A stretch of DNA of 64,000 nt from Octopus bimaculoides (lineage: Eukaryota). The stretch is taken from the NCBI RefSeq assembly GCF_001194135.2, contig NC_068989.1, positions 94,169,992 through 94,233,991 on the forward strand, read 5' to 3'. Under the pieces are notes generated by a model. That model worked only from the letters and a program-made list of their open reading frames with translations, had not been told where the DNA came from and made no database searches. The translations under genes and the position numbers were made by a program. The stretch's first letter is position 1. Each line of letters opens with the position of its first letter. Of this stretch, positions 14,520-25,169 are shown piece after piece.

Positions 14520-14740
14520 GGTTGGTTTTCTTTCGACACAACGGGAAGTTACATTGCGGAACAGTTATTTTAAAGAGTTGTATTTATTTATCACCCGACG
14601 AGATACATCTGCATCACCGGATGGTCTTGAACCAGTTGTTTAATGTCCCACTCATGAAGAATCGATGCTAGATGTGTCGAAACAATCGTCGTGATTAACA
14701 ATAAATTCTCGTATATTCTATCTTCCGTCTTTCATTTGTC
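14520..14740 (+). mobile_element. PLE 3' tail with decayed hammerhead, abutting (TA)n
   Basis: ctcatgaag..cgaaac aatc gtc (14651-14690), then aataaa and (TA)n from about 14741. Stem III acaatcgt is one substitution from the palindrome acgatcgt. Confidence 0.5.
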
Positions 14741-14797
14741 ATATATATATATATATATGCATAATGTGTTTATATAGAGAGAGGGGTAGAGAGTGTA

Positions 14798-14882
<85 letters not shown>

Positions 14883-15169
14883 ATCACCCACACACTCACA
14901 TATGTATAAATACATAGATGTAAATCTATTTTTGGGGCTGTCCCAGGAATAATCGACCTTTTAATATTTTCAAACGGGAGTGATTTGCTGGTGTACAATT
15001 TGGCGCAGTAATTTGTAATTCGTTTCGTATATTTGCACGTAAAACTGAATCCATAAGTTTTGTTGTACGTTAATTTTTGTTTCATTTTAGTAAACATTAT
15101 TCTCTGTTTTATAGGAAATAAGATCTTATGATATCACGTTCTTAAATTTGCTTCCGTTTTTTTTTTCAG

Positions 15170-15258
15170 TTAATATGGAGATGAATACTTTTAACATAAA
15201 TGACAGAGAAATTCTGTACTGGAGAGTCAACCACATTTGGTGCCAATTATGTTTCAAA
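15170..15258 (+). CDS. candidate internal exon, product unknown
   Basis: Strong acceptor cttccgttttttttttcag, donor AAA|gtcagt. Only one open frame: NMEMNTFNINDREILYWRVNHIWCQLCFK. Confidence 0.25.
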
Positions 15259-15499
15259 GTCAGTTTTTTTGCTTAAACATTTTTGATGTACTTTGAATCG
15301 GCATATTGATAAAAATAGTACACTTAGTGTTCACCTTTCATACAACGCAAAGGATCAGAATATAAAAGACCTTTGATATATAACTATATTTCAAAAATAC
15401 GTTATATATAGATTGCCGAGAGGACATCTGTAATTAAAGTCACCATAAATAGTCTCTTGTAAATATAATCATATATTTTGAAACTTTAACTCCAAGATG

Positions 15500-15684
15500 A
15501 CTTCAACGTTATGTCTTCACAGCCGACAACTGATGAAGGGTCTAGTTCTGTGTTACCTTATCTTCTTTTCCGTATTTTCTCGTTGTTTACGTATTTAACT
15601 GGTTTTTGTCCTGTAAATGTTGTCCACGTTTTGTATATTTCTTGTGTGTATGTTATTGGCACCGTTATTGACGTCCTGTACCCA
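15500..15684 (+). mobile_element. PLE-type 3' tail, family A
   Basis: caactgatgaaggg ... ttgacgtcctgtaccc followed by a degenerate microsatellite. Confidence 0.5.
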
Positions 15685-15892
15685 TGCCTGTATGTATACA
15701 CACACGCGCGCACACACATATATATATACACACATATATATATACACAGCCACGTCTATATGTATATATATAATGTTCTATATGTATATATATAATGTTA
15801 TATATATATATATATAATGTTATATATATATATATATATATATATATAACATTATATATATATACATATAGAACATTATATATATACATATA

Positions 15893-16047
15893 GACGTGGC
15901 TGTGTGGTAAGAAGTTTGCTTCCCAACCAAAAGGCATTGGGTTCAGTTCCACTTCGATGCACCGTAGACGGTTGTCTGTTATAGACTTGGGCTGATCAAA
16001 GCCTTGTGAGTGGATTTGGTGCACAGAAACTGAAAGAAGCCCGTCGT
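15893..16047 (+). mobile_element. SINE family 2, 5' tRNA-like head
   Basis: gacgtggctgtgtggtaagaagtttgcttcccaacc...gggttcagttcc...caaagccttgtgagtggatttgg...ctgaaagaagcccgtcg; repeated at 16743(-), 19150, 35210, 38040 and 63800(-). Confidence 0.8.
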
Positions 16048-16308
16048 ATCTCTATCTCTCTCTCTCTCTCTCNNNNNNNNNNNNNNNNNNNNNNNNNNNN
16101 NNNNNNNNNNNNNNNNNNNNNNNNNNNNNNNNNNNNNNNNNNNNNNNNNNNNNNNNNNNNNNNNNNNNNNNNNNNNNNNNNNNNNNNNNNNNNNNNNNNN
16201 NNNNNNNNNNNNNNNNNNNNNNNNNNNNNNNNNNNNNNNNNNNNNNNNNNNNNNNNNNNNNNNNNNNNNNNNNNNNNNNNNNNNNNNNNNNNNNAAATGA
16301 CGGAAAGA

Positions 16309-16345
<37 letters not shown>

Positions 16346-16348
<3 letters not shown>

Positions 16349-16530
16349 TTTCTTTTGTTTCGGTTATTTGAGTACAGCCATGCTGGAGCACCGACCCCAG
16401 GACTTATTCTTTGTAAGCGTAGTACTTATTCTATCAGTTTTACTGCCTAACCGCTAGGTTACGGGGACGTAAACACACCAGCATCGGTTCTGAAGCGATG
16501 GTGGTGGTGGGGGAACACAGACACACAAAC
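16346..16530 (-). mobile_element. SINE family 2, 3' half
   Basis: ccatgctggagcaccg...caggacttattctttgtaagc.tagtacttattctatc...ttacggggacgtaaacacaccagcatcgg; matches 63544-63750. Confidence 0.8.
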
Positions 16531-16539
16531 ATACACACA

Positions 16540-16665
16540 ACTCTTCGAAACGCCGGTGTTTTAATGGTGGCAGCTGATGAAGGATATGTTCTCTATGTGG
16601 CCTGCTTGTTTGTTGTACCTAGTTTATCATTTTTTCCATGTTCTTTTGCAACGTCATGTTCCCAG
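16540..16665 (+). mobile_element. PLE-type 3' tail, family A
   Basis: ctcttcgaaacgccggtgttttaatggtggcagctgatgaagg ... caacgtcatgttccc. Confidence 0.55.
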
Positions 16666-16742
16666 ATATGTATTTATATGTACATGAAAGTATGCACATA
16701 CAGGTACATATATATGCATATACTCATATATATATATATATA

Positions 16743-16894
16743 CGACGTGCTTCTTTCAGTTTCCGTCTACCAAATCCACTCAAGGCTTTGGTCGGCCCGA
16801 GGCTATAGTAGAAGACACTTGCCCAAGGTGCCACACATTGGGACTGAACCCGGAACCATGTGGTTGGTAAACAAGCTACTTAGCACACATCCAC
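16743..16894 (-). mobile_element. SINE family 2, 5' head
   Basis: Reverse complement of the family 2 head, including gacacttgcccaaggtgccac..gggactgaacccggaaccatgtggttgg. Confidence 0.85.
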
Positions 16895-17080
16895 AACTAA
16901 ATTTATACTTTAACCTGATGGTGCTTTGTTTTACTGGGAAGCAATACTGCTGTATTACACTATTTAATATTTTTTTCTTTGAAAACTTTATCACGGTTCT
17001 CGGTCTGTTAACGGCCAGGTGTTTCTGACAAGTATATACTGATATTAATTAAGCGACATTTAAGATTTTGTCTAGCTAAT

Positions 17081-17152
17081 TCTAGCCGATGAGTACCAAT
17101 CCAATTTACGCTAACAAACGTAATTTGGAAAGTTCGAAACCTAGGTCCTAGA
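17081..17152 (+). ncRNA. type I hammerhead ribozyme motif in a PLE-like tail (U4C core variant)
   Basis: Stem I tctag(17081-85)/ctaga(17148-52); core ccgatga; stem II g...c enclosing tccaatttacg/cgtaatttgga; GAAA (17136-39); palindromic stem III ACCTAGGT; GUC site, predicted cleavage after 17147. (TA)n starts at 17238. Confidence 0.7.
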
Positions 17153-18073
17153 TTATCTACATCTGGGTTGTACATTTATTTAATGAACAGATGAAATTTT
17201 CTTTATGTTTGCCGCCCGTTAACTTTTTACAATAGATTATATATATATATATATATATATATATNNNNNNNNNNNNNNNNNNNNNNNNNNNNNNNNNNNN
17301 NNNNNNNNNNNNNNNNNNNNNNNNNNNNNNNNNNNNNNNNNNNNNNNNNNNNNNNNNNNNNNNNNNNNNNNNNNNNNNNNNNNNNNNNNNNNNNNNNNNN
17401 NNNNNNNNNNNNNNNNNNNNNNNNNNNNNNNNNNNNNNNNNNNNNNNNNNNNNNNNNNNNNNNNNNNNNNNNNNNNNNNNNNNNNNNNNNNNNNNNNNNN
17501 NNNNNNNNNNNNNNNNNNNNNNNNNNNNNNNNNNNNNNNNNNNNNNNNNNNNNNNNNNNNNNNNNNNNNNNNNNNNNNNNNNNNNNNNNNNNNNNNNNNN
17601 NNNNNNNNNNNNNNNNNNNNNNNNNNNNNNNNNNNNNNNNNNNNNNNNNNNNNNNNNNNNNNNNNNNNNNNNNNNNNNNNNNNNNNNNNNNNNNNNNNNN
17701 NNNNNNNNNNNNNNNNNNNNNNNNNNNNNNNNNNNNNNNNNNNNNNNNNNNNNNNNNNNNNNNNNNNNNNNNNNNNNNNNNNNNNNNNNNNNNNNNNNNN
17801 NNNNNNNNNNNNNNNNNNNNNNNNNNNNNNNNNNNNNNNNNNNNNNNNNNNNNNNNNNNNNNNNNNNNNNNNNNNNNNNNNNNNNNNNNNNNNNNNNNNN
17901 NNNNNNNNNNNNNNNNNNNNNNNNNNNNNNNNNNNNNNNNNNNNNNNNNNNNNNNNNNNNNNNNNNNNNNNNNNNNNNNNNNNNNNNNNNNNNNNNNNNN
18001 NNNNNNNNNNNNNNNNNNNNNNATTTACTCCTTTGGCTGATTAAGCGATGTAAAGCGTATTTAATCTCCATAC

Positions 18074-18397
18074 CTTCGTTTTATTTGCTTTTTTCATTTT
18101 AAATTTGCTTTAACCCTAACCCTAACTCTAACCCTACGGTTAGGGTTAGAGTTAGGGTTAATTGTTTCAGAATTGTTTGTTTATGTAGTCGGCACTTAAT
18201 GTATATCGGCTGAATGGACGTCAGTGATTGGTTGAAATTACAGAAATACGACAACTTTAACATGGAATAATTTATGGATTTCTTTTTTTTAAGAAGACTA
18301 AGAGAAAAAGATGTTTTATATGACACATTCTACCAGTGTTCCAAGTTTCAAAGTGTTTCGTTAATGAAAAATGTGGCCCCCGTTTTAAAAAAGATCC
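18074..18397 (+). mobile_element. 5'-truncated copy of the Merlin-like telomeric-palindrome MITE
   Basis: Near-identical to about 32949-33263, including the right TIR ...atgtggcccccgttttaaaaaagatcc and a CCCTAA/TTAGGG palindrome at 18111-18160. Confidence 0.85.
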
Positions 18398-19149
18398 CGT
18401 TTTTCTTTAAAACATGAATGAATAAAGGAATGATTAATAAAATGACCGTGAAAATATTAGGAACTTGAGTTGTGTTATGACATATTATATTATACTCAAA
18501 ACGAAACTAATGTCTTTCGGGTTTATTCTCTCTTGAATAGATAGGTAGTCTTTATGTAAACGTTAGCATCGGGATTTTGTTTTCTATAACGATAAGATTG
18601 TTTGGACTTATGAGAATTATATGTGACAGAGTGAGTGACAAGTAATTTGAAAGGCAATACATGGACGCGGAAATTATCAGACTTCTCTGAATAGCAAACA
18701 GAAAAACAGTGAGAACATTTAGTTTAATAATGAATATTGTGATAAAAGAACTTTCAGAATAATGATAATTACCTGTAAATATTTCTAGGTTTTCTCGATA
18801 ATATTGTAATCTATGTGTTAATAAACAAATAATGAAATAAAATGCCATACTTCCAACTGAGAATATAATATTTGCGATACATTCAATAAAATGCAGTATT
18901 TGGTTTTTTTTAAGAAAAAGAGAAAAGGACTATGATGTTGATAATGATTCAATAGAAGGAAAATTATTAAATTTCAAATTGAAAGAAACATTTTACCGTA
19001 TTTGAGACTATTTGCAGTTGCGCTTTTGTATTTTATTAGTCTGTAAATAATCCATAATAATCCACGCATTCTTTCATATTAGTCTCATATGAAGACACAC
19101 CCATGCAGTTATGCACATACACATGTATGTCTATATATGTGCGCGCAAG

Positions 19150-19292
19150 AGCGGCTGTGTGGTAAGAAGCTTGCTTACCAACCACATAGTTCCGGATTCG
19201 TCCCACTCCGTGGCACCTAGGGCAAATGTCTTCTACTCTAGCCTCGGGCTGACCAAAGCCTTGTGAGAGGATTTGGTAGATGAAAAAGCCCG

Positions 19293-19293
<1 letters not shown>
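19150..19293 (+). mobile_element. SINE family 2, 5' head
   Basis: ggctgtgtggtaagaagcttgcttaccaaccacatagttccggattcgtcccactccgtggcacctagggcaaatgtc... Confidence 0.85.
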
Positions 19294-19338
<45 letters not shown>

Positions 19339-19440
19339 ATATATATAGATAGATAGACAGCTAGATAGATAGATAGATAGATGCATAGATCCATACATAT
19401 ATGTTCATACCTACATCTATATGTATGCATACATGCATAT

Positions 19441-19610
19441 GTGGGTACAGGACAGCAAAGACAAAAAACGTTAAACACAATGAGAAACGAAAAGCGAAAA
19501 CAGAAAACGAAATTTCCAACAACGGAAAAAACAGAGAAACGAGACCTGCAACATAAAGAGTATATCACTTCGTCAGTTGTCCCTGTCCATCTACTCCGCG
19601 TTTCGAAGTG
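19441..19610 (-). mobile_element. PLE-type 3' tail, family A
   Basis: Minus strand cacttcgaaacgc..23 nt..ctgacgaagtg ... gtcctgtaccc. Confidence 0.55.
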
Positions 19611-19627
19611 TGTGTGTATGTATGTGT

Positions 19628-19780
19628 ATCCCCAACATTACTTGACAACCGATGCTGGTGTGCTTACGTCATCATAACTTAGCGATTCGGCAAACCAAAG
19701 ATAAGTCTTGGGTCGATTTGCTCGACTAAAGGCAGTGCTCCAGCATGGCACAGTCAAATGACAGAAACAAGTAAAAGAAG
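19628..19780 (+). mobile_element. SINE family 2, 3' half
   Basis: cttgacaaccgatgctggtgtgcttacgtc...gggtcgatttgctcgactaaaggcagtgctccagcatggc.cagtcaaatgacagaaacaagtaaaaga. Confidence 0.85.
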
Positions 19781-19859
19781 TAGATATATGCCGGTGTAAG
19801 GGGAAGAGAGAGAGAGAGAGTGGAAGAGGGAGAAACAAAGGGAGGAAGTAGTTCTCTCT

Positions 19860-20378
19860 TTACCCCTCTCGTTCTTCCTCTGTTACTGCTACGTATCTCC
19901 CTTTCCCCCCTCGTACTTCCTCTCGTTGCTCACCTATTCTTCTACTTCCTCCCTTTGTTTCTCCCTCTACCACTCTCTCTCTTCCCCTTACACCGACATG
20001 GTCACATGCTTCCGGTCAATACTCCTTTTCTTCCGTGGCTATCGCCGAGCAAACACGCGAACTACTTCGTCCCTACTTTCAAGTTCGTGCCTCACAGCGT
20101 TCATACACACATAATTTTTCTCGTCTGGCCGCAAAGCCTTTTCTGTTTGTTTTCCTGTCTTGTTTTTTATCCGCCACTACATTCCTCCATGGCAAGATTT
20201 AATTTGTGTATACAAATTTAATTTGCGGTCCATGGGAAGAGCCGTTTTAACGATGCGTCCTGCCCAGCTCTTCGAAACGCCGGTGTTAAAACGGGGGTAG
20301 CTGATGAAGAAGAATGTTCTCTATGTGACTTGTGTGTTTTCTCGTCTACGTTTTGTTTGCAATGTCTTGTACCCAGAT
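19860..20378 (+). mobile_element. PLE fragment: decayed GIY-YIG C-terminus plus family A tail
   Basis: The C-rich frame LPLVAHLF...HRHGHMLPV...FKFVPHSVHT resembles the PLE endonuclease end (PVA.HF...H...M.V...P.G.N). It is followed by gctcttcgaaacgcc..ctgatgaagaag..tgtcttgtaccc. Confidence 0.45.
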
Positions 20379-22437
20379 ATGCACCTATACATACAGGTGG
20401 ATGTCGGTATGCACATACCTGTACGTATATATGCATATACTCATTTACTATTTGTTTTTACATGACCGAACGCAGCGTCACCAATCTACATATATATATA
20501 TATGTACGCAGGTGTGCAAATATACGTATGTGTACATACATGTGTGTGAATGAGTGTGTGTGTGTGAATCAGTTTCGACGATGTGGACTCCAAAGTGATC
20601 AAATAAAAAAACGTCTAAACGGCTGACCGTTTCGCAAACTAGTTTGCCATTAATATTTTTCTAGGCCGGCCTGACTGTGAAACATTGATCCATGATGTCA
20701 CGCAGTGGTTTCGAACATAGAAACTCGTGATTTGGGCTACGAACGTCTTAGTCATTCAGTCACACTCATACTACACAAGTACAAATATACGCAGGCATTT
20801 CTATACACACAAACACACCTATCATACAAAAAAAACACACACACATACATATAAACACATATACACATTCAAAATACACACGAAATTGAACAGAATGTAC
20901 AATGGACACGGATATAAAAAAGCCTCTAATAATGATATGTATATTTATTGACAAGCTTATTGATTCCAGATCGATTGGTTGTCAGCAAATTCGGATATCA
21001 CCTTCAGCCTATAGATGAGCATTGAGCTTGGTTTTATTTGTTTGTTTTTCTTCTGTTCATATATTTGCTAAACCCTAAATGCCTTTCTCACATAAATATG
21101 TTGCGTCGAACAGTAGCAAGATTTCTGTGATTCTGAACAACTTGGGTACTGTTGAAGAGATATATATTTACTTCAAAATCTTTGATAATCGAAAGGCAGA
21201 AAAATATTTCTATAGTCATTGCCGAAGAGTCAAAGCGGTTCCACTCTACAAACACAATTAATGGATGGCTTTGGAGTTGTGTTGTAATATCGAAGCCTGA
21301 TAGAACATGAACGCAACTATCCATGCGCAAGATTTTTGGACGAATAACCAAACGATCACACAGGAAGAATGCAAGAATAAACGAGGCACCTTGAGACAAT
21401 AAATGCACCAAATTTTCCATGGAGATATTCGGTTATGTAAAATTAGAAATTCCATAAACATGTACAAGCTAAAGTACATTCTTTCCAAATGTATATATAG
21501 CACTGAAAGTATCCTGTACGTTGTATGTTCCAGTTGCACCTAACTGAAATGTAGGCTTTTCAACGTAGTGAATTTCATCAAAGACTTGTTGTAGAGCACG
21601 GTGACACAAGAGAAATTGACTGACCCAACCATTCTTAGAATTCAGTTTAATGAGTCATTAATATTTGATTTAAAAGGAACACGTGAAGCCTGTCTTGTAG
21701 TTAATGATTAGAATTCTCAATTCTAAATTCCTGCATACTTTGAAGACATTTCTGACTGTTTTTGTATTTACAATAATTAATTCTTTCATCTGAATGGAAG
21801 TTTACTTGTTAACGTTGGCCCTTAACGATCATTCTCCATAGAAAATTTCGTAAAACAAATCGAATCTTGCAATATGAAACAATAACTATTTTAGTGAGCA
21901 GCTGCAGATTAATTTCATCAGTTTGGTTGTAATTTCGAATATTTCCTAAAAGACTTTATCTAATTAAAACACTTATCAGGAATTGTGCAGAATAATGAAA
22001 GTGTGTACAATAATTTGACATCCAGTATGCGTTGTCGTATAACCGCATTTTATCTGACTTAAGACATAACTTAAAACATACCCAGATATTGCTCAACTTC
22101 AAGTAGGAGAGCTTTCAATGCTTAGGTCCACCACTGCATGTGGTCGTCCTACACATGAACACTCACACATATACACACACATGTGTATATGTGTGCAAAT
22201 GTGTGTGTTTCTGCATGTGTATGCGCGCGTGTGTATGTCCGCGCGCGTTTAGTTGCGAATGCGTGAAGGAATATAAGTGGTATTCATTTCATCTCACTAA
22301 TATTTCTTCACACAGAGAATAAACTCAAATAGTTACTGCGGATTTTCTATCACTTCTTAGATTTATCTTAATATTTTGCCATTTCTCCCACCATTTTCGG
22401 CATCAGCAGTCCTTTGGCAGTCTTATATTCATTATAA

Positions 22438-22638
22438 AGCGGCGCGCTGGCAGCAACGTTAGCACGTCAGGCGAAATGCTTAGTGGTATTTCATCTGTCT
22501 TGACGTTGTGAGTTCAAATTCCGCCTTTCATCTTTTTGGGGTCGATAAATTAAGTACCATTTGCGTACTGGGGTCGATCTAATCTACTGGCCTCCTCCTC
22601 CAAAATTTCGGGCCTTGAGCCTAGAGTAGAAAAGATTC
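22438..22638 (+). mobile_element. CORE-type tRNA SINE
   Basis: gcgctggcagcaacgttagcacgtcaggcgaaatgcttag...gcctttcatctttttggggtcgataaattaagtacc...ccttgagcctagagtagaaaaga. Confidence 0.85.
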
Positions 22639-23246
22639 TTATACACATTACGGATTTAATCAATTTGCATTCCATACAATCTGACATTTTACCGCTCTTT
22701 AATTTTTAAATCACAAATCTGGAGACAAATCTGAAAATCTGATGATCTGCCAATAGTATAAAATGTTTCTGCCTAAAACAACGACGTAAACACGTGTTAA
22801 TTGTTCTGATGTTAACGTACGTTCTCACTGCTAGGTTTCCTATATGACACACCATGACTTAAAATACAGCTACATTTATAATTAGCCAATCTCAAGGATG
22901 TATACATATATTTGTATNNNNNNNNNNNNNNNNNNNNNNNNNNNNNNNNNNNNNNNNNNNNNNNNNNNNNNNNNNNNNNNNNNNNNNNNNNNNNNNNNNN
23001 NNNNNNNNNNNNNNNNNNNNNNNNNNNNNNNNNNNNNNNNNNNNNNNNNNNNNNNNNNNNNNATATATATATATATATACATATATATGTACATATATAT
23101 GTATTGTATATACATATATATGTACATATATAAAACATATACACTCATACACATATTCATATATATGTATATATATGTGTGTGTATGTATATATGCATGT
23201 ATATGTGTGTATACACATGTATACACAAACACGCATATATATTTAT

Positions 23247-23284
<38 letters not shown>

Positions 23285-24113
23285 ATAAACACGCACATAC
23301 GGACACGTGCATCTATTGAACTATTCCATTTTCGATATAGTTTACAACTTTTGTTTGTGTGTCTGTTTGATCCGTATATGAAAGTTGGAAAGTTCGTACC
23401 TAACTGAAACATTGCAAACAAATTCCGACGAGAACAAATTCAATTCTAATATAAACCTTCACTTATATCTTCACAGCTGCTACCAAAGTCCTTTCTTGTT
23501 TACAGTGGACATCAAAAGAATGCATCATATTGACAGAGAGGTGAATAGCAATTGGTCGGAAGCGTTAATGGAACTGAAATGCATTTGATGAAAGAAATAT
23601 TTAAATATTTTAAAACTAAGTAACAGGTTTTATGCAAAACTATTAATGTCATTTTCTGTTGGATGTTTGGACATGTTTAAAGTAAATAAAGTATCCGATA
23701 TATAATTTAATCAGAGACAGCAGCAAGTAAAATGTTCCTATTTCAAATTCATATCTTTGACTTTTATGATGGTTCTGGTTGCAGTAGTCGTAGCAGTGTC
23801 ATAATTAGGGAGTATGGATGTAATAATGCCATCCAGCCACGGTACATAGAGTCGGATATTAAATCGAGTTTCCACACAACTGATTTCATCTAAAATTGAT
23901 ATAGCTTGGTTATATAATAGATTATGTAAATATTCCATTTAACAACGAATGAAAGATACATTCGCTATTCACTAGAAACAAGCACGAATTGATGTGTTAC
24001 TCTGAAAGAATATAGCGTTTACTACAATCACACACATGCACAAACGTCCACGCACATATACATATATATAGAAATTCACATATACACGAATTCACACACT
24101 CATAAATACATAT

Positions 24114-24160
<47 letters not shown>

Positions 24161-24699
24161 NNNNNNNNNNNNNNNNNNNNNNNNNNNNNNNNNNNNNNNN
24201 NNNNNNNNNNNNNNNNNNNNNNNNNNNNNNNNNNNNNNNNNNNNNNNNNNNNNNNNNNNNNNNNNNNNNNNNATATATATACATATACATATATATAACC
24301 ATACTAGGTATTTAAATTCATAAAGCCTTCATCAAAAGTTATGTGTATCTCTTGGTTTTAAAGTAAGAGATTCAGTAAAGTTTCAAATATTTTCCATATT
24401 TAAATAGAAACTTTATTTGATCACCAAACTTTCTGCCCATGATGCGTTGATATTTCTGGTGCCGTGTTATAATATATTTGCATGTTAATACTTGAGTAAA
24501 TACTTAGTGTTATCTATTTTCAGTTGCCAGTTGGTAATTCTGCATAATAATTTGTTGACATAAATGACAGCTGTAAAAACGTTGCCAAATATTGTACTAC
24601 ATTTAGTTGGAATCTATTTCTTATATCAAATATTCATGTTACAAGACGTCTGTTTGGACAATGTTGATCTCGATATACCACATTTATTATGGAATTTAT

Positions 24700-24860
24700 A
24701 AAGTGATGCCATATTGATTCCTGTTGACGGGGCGGAGGCCAATATATGTACGGAAGAGATATAGGCGATTGAATCGAACCCAATATATTATCGGCGTGAA
24801 ATTTATCGATCCTGGAAGAGATGAAAACAATATCGACCTCTTTAGGATTTGAACTCGGTA
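24700..24860 (-). mobile_element. CORE-type SINE, decayed partial
   Basis: atttatcgatcctggaagagatgaaaacaatatcgacctctttaggatttgaactc is the antisense of the CORE domain. Confidence 0.55.
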
Positions 24861-25120
24861 TATGTTAGGAAAGATCTGCATACAAAAGTACCATATAGAT
24901 CGAGATTTTACTACTTTCACAATCTCCATCAAGGCGTATAGATTAAATATTGATCTTTCTACGAGAAGTAATGGTTATGGAACTCAACATACAGAAGGCT
25001 ACATCAATAAAAATAACTACCGAAATGTTGCAGGATTGTATTTCTTCGGCTACATTTTTATTATATCTATTCTCAAAACACAACACTTTGTAACACGCAT
25101 TATTTGGAAATGTATAGCAT

Positions 25121-25169
<49 letters not shown>

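Noticed and set aside
20615-20655. Minus-strand gcaaactagtttgc gaaac ggtc resembling hammerhead stem II, GAAA and GUC
   Set aside because: The upstream core is ttaatgg (three changes) and stem I does not pair; too decayed to call. The similar motif at 30660-30710 is rejected for the same reason.
21088-21420. 110-aa minus-strand ORF in non-repetitive sequence
   Set aside because: No recognisable motif on either strand and no convincing splice signals.
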